Assembly (NCBI GenBank): GCA_902775345.1
Contig: CACYLW010000006.1
Span: 39,613 to 103,612 of the forward strand
Direction of reading: 5' to 3'
Length of the DNA: 64,000 nucleotides
Source: an uncultured Eubacteriales bacterium
GTDB taxonomy: Bacteria > Bacillota > Clostridia > Peptostreptococcales > Anaerovoracaceae
Numbering within the stretch: position 1 is the stretch's first letter; each line of letters begins with the position of its first letter. The translations under genes and the position numbers were made by a program. Of the stretch, positions 44,546-51,962 are shown piece after piece. The notes under the pieces were generated by a model. That model made no database searches, was not told where the DNA came from, and was given only the letters and a program-made list of their open reading frames with translations.

Positions 44546-44872
44546 GTGGCTAAAGCCTAGTGTTTTCAAGGCGTTTAGCCACTTTCTGATTTTTTAGGAC
44601 TTGCTATACATAATACCTGTTTAATCCTATAATTGCATGTATTTTTCTCTCTTAGAAAGGCGTTTTTTATCTTAAAACTACCACTTTATTTGACTGTCAC
44701 TTTCTTCCCGGCATTTGCTTTGGTAAAGATTTTTTTTATAAGTCTTCACGTATTTCTTATTATCTGCTTTCTCCAAAATGGAGATGCAATTTTCTCCATT
44801 TTTGCTTGCAACTTTTGGGAATTTGCACTTGCAAAAAACAATCGAGCCGCCTTTTAGTTAGCCTTCCAATCC

Positions 44873-44885
44873 GGGGACTGTCCCC
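44873..44885. promoter_or_regulatory. Perfect 13-bp palindrome GGGGACTGTCCCC, copy 4
   Basis: It lies 6 bp beyond the stop of the lipoprotein gene. Confidence 0.55.
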
Positions 44886-44890
44886 TTCTG

Positions 44891-45751
44891 TTACCTCTTT
44901 AGCTCGCCTAAGTAGTCTCCGTTAATGTATATGTACGGACCGGGTTCTCCCTCACCGCCATAGTACTCTCCTCTGCTTGCGAGCTGATCAAGCAGTTGAT
45001 CTGTATCGCTTACACGGATTGCCTGGTAGGGCTGCTCGAACGCAAGCTTTTCTACAAACAGGTACTTGTCTTCGGCCTGTTTTATCAGGACTCCGGTGTG
45101 GCCTGTGAAGGTCTGCCTGAAGTCCGGATCATAAAACACGAGGCTGACAAGAGACACGTTTTCATTGCTGATGCTGAAGCCATACTCTTTCCACATGTTG
45201 CCATAGACTTCTGAAGGATCCTCGTTTTCTCCAGACGCCCTGTCACCGAAAAGGGTCGTGAACAGCCCGAGATTCTTTCTGATAGCTTCGTACCTGTCAG
45301 TGTTTTCGATGGCATCGACATCGAACATCAGGTATGTTCCTGTGTACTCGGCATCGGTTTTCTCAGCTGTGATGAGCCCGTCCAGCAGGAGCATCGCAGT
45401 CATCCTGCAGTCAGCGTCCGAAAAGTCGTGGTGCTTTTCCCAGCCGTCAGCACATGCCGCAAGATCGGGTTTATTATCTCCGGGCTGCACCCATTTATCT
45501 GTCAGACGGGAGTCTTTGCCTGCGGAGCCTGCAAAATCCAGGACCCAGTCATTGAACACAGCGACATTCGAAAGCCCGGCATCATTCAGGACATTGCAAA
45601 CCTCAGAAGCAGTCGTGCTTCCGGCCATATTAGTAACTGAAGGCATCGATGCATCTGCAGCATCAGTGCCTTCATTATTTTGCGAACTGCACCCGGCCAA
45701 AGCCAGGAGAGCAATAATGATTATTATGGAGATAGCTAATTTCTTTTTCAT
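44891..45751 (-). CDS. Lipoprotein (DUF4300-like, tentative)
   Basis: The lipobox is in MKKKLAISIIIIIALLALAGCSS. The gene is visibly richer in G+C than its neighbours. The family assignment is from memory only. Confidence 0.8.
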   Translation of the reverse strand: MKKKLAISIIIIIALLALAGCSSQNNEGTDAADASMPSVTNMAGSTTASEVCNVLNDAGLSNVAVFNDWVLDFAGSAGKDSRLTDKWVQPGDNKPDLAACADGWEKHHDFSDADCRMTAMLLLDGLITAEKTDAEYTGTYLMFDVDAIENTDRYEAIRKNLGLFTTLFGDRASGENEDPSEVYGNMWKEYGFSISNENVSLVSLVFYDPDFRQTFTGHTGVLIKQAEDKYLFVEKLAFEQPYQAIRVSDTDQLLDQLASRGEYYGGEGEPGPYIYINGDYLGELKR

Positions 45752-45797
45752 AATGTATATGTCTTAGTTATCCATGCACAAACGGCGACCGGTAGTT

Positions 45798-46640
45798 TTA
45801 TTGCCTTAACCATGTAGAAATGAGCTTTTCAGAGTCTTTCCAATAAAACTCTTCTACATATTTACCTTTGATAAACTCTATCGGTTTACCGTCCTTATCA
45901 ACAGTCATAAGCTCCGGTCCGTTTTCATCTATAAAGAACCAATGCTTTTGCTGCCCCTGCTTCTTAATTATTTCTATCGCTTCTCTGACAGCATTTGCTG
46001 CATTAATAATTTCCTTGTCAATCTGAAATCTTATTAGGGAATCCTGTATCTCTTTCAACTTTTCGAGAGACCCGCGCATGATTGGATGTAAAGAGATGAA
46101 TTGTGCCGGCTGCCTCTTGATTATTTCCTTCTTTGTATTATTGAAAGTACTATCACTTAGCAAAATATCCTTCGAACAGCCAACCTCGAACACTTTATTG
46201 TTACTTCCCCAAAAAGTGCCCTGAATAATCCCAGCGGAATGTGTAACATAATTTCGTATAATAATTGTCATCGCGTAATCATCAGAAGTATCGAAAGCAT
46301 CATGGGTCAGTTGATTAAAGAGTGTTTTGAACTCTTCTTTTCTTGGATGATTAGCAATATACTTCTTCCAGTGATCAAGGAATATTTCGAACTCCAAGAA
46401 ATATGATCTGGCTCTTCGCTCTAACGCAATCTGTCCTTGCCTTGTCGGAGTATCCGTTTCTTCTTTCAGAAACACAAAATCCTGATATGCAGATTCCACG
46501 TATAGGATCCTGTCAACATTCATTTGAAACTTCGCAAGAACCTTAACTGCTGAGTATATGCTGTCTGCATTATGTATCACCGGAGTGTAATCCGATTTCA
46601 TCGTTGGAACTATCGGTTGTTCATAGCATAATTTATACAT
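45798..46640 (-). CDS. Hypothetical protein with an Rx4H (HEPN/Abi_2-like) motif, partner of the upstream ATPase
   Basis: ATG 46640 (RBS GAAGGA) overlaps the ATPase stop by 8 nt. AMTIIIRNYVTHSAG has R135-x4-H140 (track numbering) in a predicted helical protein. Confidence 0.7.
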   Translation of the reverse strand: MYKLCYEQPIVPTMKSDYTPVIHNADSIYSAVKVLAKFQMNVDRILYVESAYQDFVFLKEETDTPTRQGQIALERRARSYFLEFEIFLDHWKKYIANHPRKEEFKTLFNQLTHDAFDTSDDYAMTIIIRNYVTHSAGIIQGTFWGSNNKVFEVGCSKDILLSDSTFNNTKKEIIKRQPAQFISLHPIMRGSLEKLKEIQDSLIRFQIDKEIINAANAVREAIEIIKKQGQQKHWFFIDENGPELMTVDKDGKPIEFIKGKYVEEFYWKDSEKLISTWLRQ

Positions 46641-47805
46641 TGAATTCCTTCTGTACAACTATCTTTGCTGCCTCCCGAAACACCTTGTTCAAATTGTAAA
46701 TAGAATCAGTATCAGGACTTGTAGAAAACACATCATTTTCCACTGCATTTTTCAATGATTGATTGTTCTTTTTCAGATAATCCGAAGCATATATGCAAGT
46801 AACCTTATTGTCGTCAATCTCATCTCTACGCAGGAAAGCAAAAGAATGAAATGGCAGGTTCATATCGAGAACATCCGTATTATGTGTAGTAAAGAACAGT
46901 TGCTGATTCCCTTCAAGGATATCTGTCATTAACGCTAGAAATGCCGTTTCTGCAACTGAATGAACATGTGAAAATTTTTCATCACAATATACAAAGTTAT
47001 TTGCTTTAAGTTTTATTGATGTAATCAAGTCTGCTATGCCTACGCCATCTGCGGTTCCGCTTGACAACTTATCCGCTTCCATAACTACACCATCTTTTAT
47101 CAAGACAGAATGATTTTTGTAGTCGATTATAAAGGTATTATCTTTTCCTTTATCTTTGATTTTCTTCACCTGCTCTATTCTAGGGTCGAGAGCTTTCAAG
47201 GTCTCTTCTAACATCGCGGCATATATATTTGGCTCAAACGGCTCAATAACCCGCTGCAGACTACTATCCACAAGCCTTAGCTCGAATTTCCATGTAATGA
47301 AAGGAACGCTTTCAAGCGCTTGAACATAGTTATCAAAGTGTTCCGAAGGTTTTTCACTTAGTCTCTTAACGCATTTTTCATAGCTGTCATTCTTTAAGAT
47401 TTTTTCTCTTTTTACATCAACGTAAATGTCTTCACTCCGGATATCTGAATAGCTCTTTTTTCTTCCCTTAAATACCGCATTTACTCTATATAAGTAATTG
47501 TCGTCAAAAGCCATATCAAGAGAAAAGCTGGCATCCTTCTGCGGATCTTCTATCAAGTCGGCAATTAGTGCATATTCTCTTTTTGCAATAAAATTGAAAG
47601 CTCCCATCAAGACCTTTCCTAATGCAGTTTTGCCTGTTGCATTAGCCCCCATTAATACAATTAACTTCTTGTATCTGAAATTAGGTCTTCCCACAAGATG
47701 TTCCTCTGCAATCGAAGAGCTAACCGGCTTTTTTGTGTAAGTGAGATGCATAGAAAAGTCATTGAACAACAGGAAATTGTCTAATTTTACATCTAATAAG
47801 ACCAT
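46633..47805 (-). CDS. ABC-type (AAA_21/OLD-class-like) ATPase
   Basis: Walker A GANATGKTALGK, signature-like KLSSGTADG, Walker B NFVYCDE and H-loop FFTTHNTDVLD. RBS AAGGAGA. Confidence 0.85.
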   Translation of the reverse strand: MVLLDVKLDNFLLFNDFSMHLTYTKKPVSSSIAEEHLVGRPNFRYKKLIVLMGANATGKTALGKVLMGAFNFIAKREYALIADLIEDPQKDASFSLDMAFDDNYLYRVNAVFKGRKKSYSDIRSEDIYVDVKREKILKNDSYEKCVKRLSEKPSEHFDNYVQALESVPFITWKFELRLVDSSLQRVIEPFEPNIYAAMLEETLKALDPRIEQVKKIKDKGKDNTFIIDYKNHSVLIKDGVVMEADKLSSGTADGVGIADLITSIKLKANNFVYCDEKFSHVHSVAETAFLALMTDILEGNQQLFFTTHNTDVLDMNLPFHSFAFLRRDEIDDNKVTCIYASDYLKKNNQSLKNAVENDVFSTSPDTDSIYNLNKVFREAAKIVVQKEFNV

Positions 47806-47825
47806 TGTTTTTCTCCTTATAAAAC

Positions 47826-47862
47826 AATACGATTAGTTCACACATTCTGAACTAATCGTATT
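47826..47862. promoter_or_regulatory. Perfect 14-bp inverted repeat with a 9-nt spacer, immediately upstream of the ATPase RBS
   Basis: AATACGATTAGTTC-ACACATTCT-GAACTAATCGTATT. It could be an operator, or a terminator/attenuator for the upstream gene. Confidence 0.8.
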
Positions 47863-47966
47863 ATATCGTGTCGTGTTTAGGCTGTCAATATTTGGCAAAA
47901 GTGTATATTCCGTTTGATAAGATCCTCCTTCTCGGCAGTTCAGGACAATAACCACACTCGTTGTAA

Positions 47967-48266
47967 TCAGCGATCTGGAATCTCTATATAATCTGAATGA
48001 GTAGCGAAAGCTGCTGTCCAAATCATGTAGTCTACCAAAGAAGGCCTGCGATTATTGAAAGCTTTTCTGCAATATGCCGCATCGATCTGATTATCCGGGC
48101 TCATTTTATGATAGAGAGAATCATCAAAAGCCTGATTGAGAAAAACTTGCGCCTGCTGCTCGACTACACTCCATGGGATGCCGTATGAATTCTCATACTC
48201 ACGCCTAACCCCTAGGAGAAATCTCTGTTTCTCGTTTTCTGTTAATTCGCTGATTTTCTTTATCAT
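47967..48266 (-). CDS. Hypothetical 99-aa protein
   Basis: ORF between the FRG gene and the ATPase on the same strand. No motif recognised. Confidence 0.55.
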   Translation of the reverse strand: MIKKISELTENEKQRFLLGVRREYENSYGIPWSVVEQQAQVFLNQAFDDSLYHKMSPDNQIDAAYCRKAFNNRRPSLVDYMIWTAAFATHSDYIEIPDR

Positions 48267-48357
48267 AGTTTACCCGCTAGCTGTAATTACGTAGGAGACA
48301 TATCGCCGTTGCTTATCTCCTATTGTGCGGCCATATAGCTTGACCGCATCTAATGCT

Positions 48358-49473
48358 TTACTCCAGTTTTTGCTTTATGTGATGACATATGTGCTCAAGC
48401 TCTGGAACAAGTGTCATTTCGTTATATCCCATTTCGTTTAGTTCGCTCAGTATACGTTGCTTATTTATTATATATACCGAAGAATAGTGTAATTGCGGAT
48501 TTTCATCTATACCGAAAATAATAAAAGATCCCTTTTGTCTTAACAGTCGCTCATTATCCTTATCTTCTTCATATTCTATAAAGTATGATTTCCTTAATTT
48601 TTCAAAATCCGCATTTTTATAGACCTTCCCTGCTGCATAAGCAGCAATCTGTTCTACTTCTTTAGAGTCGCTTGTGACAGTCTCCAGATCCATAAAGCCA
48701 AATACTTCACCTATGTCGTACAGTTCTTTTTCACTTCCAAATACAATAGTGCACGCCATAAATAATGCCACATAACGATCTATAGAAACATCTAGCAATC
48801 TTGTTGGTAACCCATAATGCTGCATTATTGCTAGTATTTTATAATCTGTTTTCCCCTCAGCTTCCTTACCACAGTTTTTTATAAATTCTTTATATAAGTC
48901 TATCTCTTTGTCCTTCCATTTTCCTCTCATAACACTTGGTAGGAGTTTATAGCGGTAACAACCATGGCCCCTATAAAAACCATATTCTCCCATTAACTTG
49001 TCGAAGGACTCAACAGAATCAACAAACTTTGTTTTATTTGAATGGATTTTTAAAAAGTTTTCAATAATGCTATTGTAAAGCTTTTCAAACGGAAGCGATA
49101 TTTTGTAAAACCTTGTATCAGCCGGCTGAAAGCGGAATGTATCATATTTAGCACTGTAAGCCACTCCCATTTTGTTGCACAAAAGATCTTGTAAATAAAC
49201 TAAATCCACTTTGTAGTTTATAAACAAATCTTTTCCATCATCGCTCCGATAATACACTATATAAAAGTCTGAAACCTTGCACCAAGCAATAAAGTGGTGT
49301 TTATGTATATCAGGATTCTTCTCTCCATGTGAAGCCGATTCAAATTGCTTGAAGAGATAGTTCTGGTTAGGTGAACCGCCACAGATAATGTAAACATCTC
49401 CAAGCTGTGCACAATCTATTTTCAATAACGAGCCGTGTGCTTCTATAATTTCAGTCATTATAGCCAGTGACAT
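48358..49473 (-). CDS. FRG domain-containing protein
   Basis: FYRGHGCYRYKLLPSVMR...LAIMQHYGLPTRLLDVSIDRYVALFMAC is the FRG signature. ATG 49473 has an AAGGAGA RBS, whereas the track start at 49506 has none. Confidence 0.85.
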   Translation of the reverse strand: MSLAIMTEIIEAHGSLLKIDCAQLGDVYIICGGSPNQNYLFKQFESASHGEKNPDIHKHHFIAWCKVSDFYIVYYRSDDGKDLFINYKVDLVYLQDLLCNKMGVAYSAKYDTFRFQPADTRFYKISLPFEKLYNSIIENFLKIHSNKTKFVDSVESFDKLMGEYGFYRGHGCYRYKLLPSVMRGKWKDKEIDLYKEFIKNCGKEAEGKTDYKILAIMQHYGLPTRLLDVSIDRYVALFMACTIVFGSEKELYDIGEVFGFMDLETVTSDSKEVEQIAAYAAGKVYKNADFEKLRKSYFIEYEEDKDNERLLRQKGSFIIFGIDENPQLHYSSVYIINKQRILSELNEMGYNEMTLVPELEHICHHIKQKLE

Positions 49474-49572
49474 CTGTAATTCTCCTTGCTGTTCACTTTT
49501 CTTCATATTGAAAATACGGAATCTATATTAAAGAAACATACTCTAATGGAGACATAGAACCGTCCACTGTCT

Positions 49573-49985
49573 CCTGTACTGGCTCGTAGAAGGTGTCTGG
49601 GTGGTTCGGGTCGAAGATCTCGTTGGCCCACATCAGCGTTACGAGGTTTTCGGTCTCGCTCAGATTGATTATGTTGTGTGTATATCACGGCAGCATGTGC
49701 ACGGCCTGGATATTTGCCTCGCGCTCTGTTTCGTCGAGGCATGCACCTGTCTTGCCTGTCTCGAAGTCGATGCCCAGCTTGCGTTCCTAGATCAGCCCAT
49801 GGCCGCTTACTACGATGAAGAGCTCCCACTTGCTGTTGTGCCAGCGCTGGCCCTTCGTGATTTCAGGCTTCAAAATGTTTACGGAGAACTGGACGTAGTC
49901 TGCGGTCTTGAGCGGCTTGGTGAATGAGCTGCTTGAGATCGAAGGTATCATGAGTGTAGCCGGCTGTTCGCGAGTTCTCCTGGCG
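49573..49985 (-). pseudogene. Remnant of a CapF/WbjC-type sugar-nucleotide reductase gene (C-terminal cupin part) with in-frame stops
   Basis: The minus frame reads FSVNILKPEITKGQRWHNSKWELFIVVSGHGLI*ERKLGIDFE...NIQAVHMLP*YTHNIINLSETENLVTLMWANEIFDPNHPDTFYEPV. The final block matches the CapF cupin ...GYTHNI.N....MVT.MW.NE.FD...PDT as I recall it. The remnant is a G+C-rich island in low-G+C DNA. Confidence 0.7.
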
Positions 49986-50122
49986 CTCGACGATACATCC
50001 CAGAGTCGCCTTGTGTGTCACAGGAGCTCCGCAGTATCGGTCGTCATAATTCCAAAGCGGCTGGCCATCTTACTCAATGCCAGTCTAACCGTGCCTGCCC
50101 CTTTACTCCGGTTTTAAAGATG

Positions 50123-51175
50123 CTACTGACATAAGTCTATACTAATGCCCAATCTGCATCCATATCGGCATAGTCTAACCATATCGCAGTCATAACACTT
50201 TATTTTTACTCTTTCTCTGAAATCTGAAAATTGTTTCCCATTCCAAACTTCCCGAATAGATTGTGCTCGCAATGATTCAACTATGCCATCATCCCAAATC
50301 CCAAAAGAGCACGGATGACAATGCATCTGGCTATCAATATACATTGAAAACGTAGCTGCTTCGCATGCATCAATAGATGCCGGATGAATTGTTTTTCCAA
50401 GCCTCAATATCGCTGGGGTAAAGCACGTGTCAAACCCAATTTTAAAGGCGTACTTCTGAGATGCCAACTCGAAAAACCGATTCAGTCTCTCATCTTTTGC
50501 AGATAGTACTTTCTCCTCAACACCCTCACCAATCGGTTTATATAAGATGAATACTACTGCATTTAAACCTTTTGGAAAGAGACCCTTTCCCAGTCTGATT
50601 ATCGCCTCATCTATAGTGTCTGATGATATCACAAAATGCACATTGGTTATGCAACCAGCTTCAAAAAGTCTTTTCACAGTTCTCAGCGTCTCATAGTTGC
50701 TTTCCTTTTCGTTAATAAGTCTCGAATACCAAGACACTGCAACAGCTCCACAGTATTCCTTTATTAAGCTTATCTCTTCATCTGTGATTTGAAAGCCACT
50801 TGTCGTTACGTTAGGAACAATATGATAATAGCGGCATATCTTCAAAATCTCTTCGAAATCAGGGTGCTTGTTTGGGTCTCCAGCACCACCAAGTGCTATT
50901 TGAAAAACTTTACCGCTAGACTGCCTTGCAATCTTTTCGAAATCTGCAAGCGCCATGTGTGGTGTATTCTGCTTGTGTCCATACTGGTAACAATCTATTC
51001 CTGCATTACTACAGTAACTGCCATTATGGCAGTGTCCCATTATACCAACATCCAATAACTCTGGAAATGATCTTCGTTCTGGATCGGCTCCTTCTATATC
51101 ACTTCTTATTAGAGTCCCATTCTCTTCATTGAACAACTCAAAAAAACCGTATTGCTCATCCTTGTAAATAATCAT
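50123..51175 (-). CDS. Radical-SAM-like enzyme with a SPASM domain and a non-canonical N-terminal Cys cluster
   Basis: IALGGAGDP (GGEP-like). SPASM motifs CEAATFSMYIDSQMHCHPC and CYDCDMVRLCRYGC (CX2CX5CX3C). The only N-terminal cluster is GHCHNGSYCSNAGIDC (CX5CX6C). ATG 51175 lies 2 nt after the upstream stop, and an alternative TTG lies at 51184. Confidence 0.8.
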   Translation of the reverse strand: MIIYKDEQYGFFELFNEENGTLIRSDIEGADPERRSFPELLDVGIMGHCHNGSYCSNAGIDCYQYGHKQNTPHMALADFEKIARQSSGKVFQIALGGAGDPNKHPDFEEILKICRYYHIVPNVTTSGFQITDEEISLIKEYCGAVAVSWYSRLINEKESNYETLRTVKRLFEAGCITNVHFVISSDTIDEAIIRLGKGLFPKGLNAVVFILYKPIGEGVEEKVLSAKDERLNRFFELASQKYAFKIGFDTCFTPAILRLGKTIHPASIDACEAATFSMYIDSQMHCHPCSFGIWDDGIVESLRAQSIREVWNGKQFSDFRERVKIKCYDCDMVRLCRYGCRLGISIDLCQ

Positions 51176-51177
51176 AA

Positions 51178-51573
51178 TTACCAAACACAGTCGCGACCAT
51201 TAATATAGAAATCTTTTTCTTCAATCTCAAAGCTGTCTGTTGTAAAAAACTGCGTCAGCGGGGCTTCATCACTGCTTGTATATCCCCAATAAGCATGTGC
51301 ATCACTCATGCTTTTGAATTTATCAGCTGCTTTAGAGCCAAAAATTTCCTTGATATTATCATAGGTCGGCGTCTCATAATCAAAATACTGCAATCCACCT
51401 TTCTCGAGTCCAAATAGAATATCTGCACAAAGATCATGTCCTTTATCTGACAACTTTCCGCCCTCAACAAAGCCTAGTTTCTCAAACAAATATTCCTCTG
51501 TGAGTTCTTCCTTGGATATTATAAGGAAATTTGTCGAAGAACTATTCGTAATAAAACCCATCCGGATCTTCAT
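51178..51573 (-). CDS. Hypothetical 131-aa protein (N-terminus MKIRMGFITNSSSTNF)
   Basis: AGGAGGA RBS 7 nt upstream of ATG 51573. It overlaps the upstream ORF by 32 nt. No family recognised. Confidence 0.65.
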   Translation of the reverse strand: MKIRMGFITNSSSTNFLIISKEELTEEYLFEKLGFVEGGKLSDKGHDLCADILFGLEKGGLQYFDYETPTYDNIKEIFGSKAADKFKSMSDAHAYWGYTSSDEAPLTQFFTTDSFEIEEKDFYINGRDCVW

Positions 51574-51961
51574 CTTCAATTCCTCCTATAGCTTCAGCAA
51601 ACAGCATCTTGAAGTCCTCATCATAATTTAGTGTTTCGACATTTCTATCTAGTGATCTTCTATCGCAATTCTTCATGGCATAGTGACCACTGGCGTAAAT
51701 CTTCGCCTTCTCTCGTTCAATGTTATAATGCTCCTCAATGAAATCTTCCAAACTATCAAATTCTTTGGAATAGAACCTTTTATACTCTTTCTTGAAATCT
51801 ACAGCCCCATCAAAATAGTAATCATACATACGAGAAATCATATCGCCAGCAAATGTCTTTTTTCTTACGCCGAGAGTTTTCATTACGATTCTTTTCCTTG
51901 GAATCTTATCGATTGGGAAGAATATAAAGCCCCGTGATTTATAGCATAATGGTTTGTACAT
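51542..51961 (-). CDS. Hypothetical 139-aa protein with an acidic C-terminal tail
   Basis: ATG 51961 lies 1 nt after the NTPase stop, with GAGGAG 8 nt upstream. It ends GGIEDEDPDGFYYE. No family recognised. Confidence 0.65.
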   Translation of the reverse strand: MYKPLCYKSRGFIFFPIDKIPRKRIVMKTLGVRKKTFAGDMISRMYDYYFDGAVDFKKEYKRFYSKEFDSLEDFIEEHYNIEREKAKIYASGHYAMKNCDRRSLDRNVETLNYDEDFKMLFAEAIGGIEDEDPDGFYYE

Positions 51962-51962
51962 A

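Noticed and set aside
49503-49927. Track ORFs 49503-49829 (minus, 108 aa) and 49601-49927 (plus, 108 aa) as genes.
   Set aside because: Both are alternative frames across the capF-like pseudogene. The homologous frame is a third one, which is interrupted by two stops.
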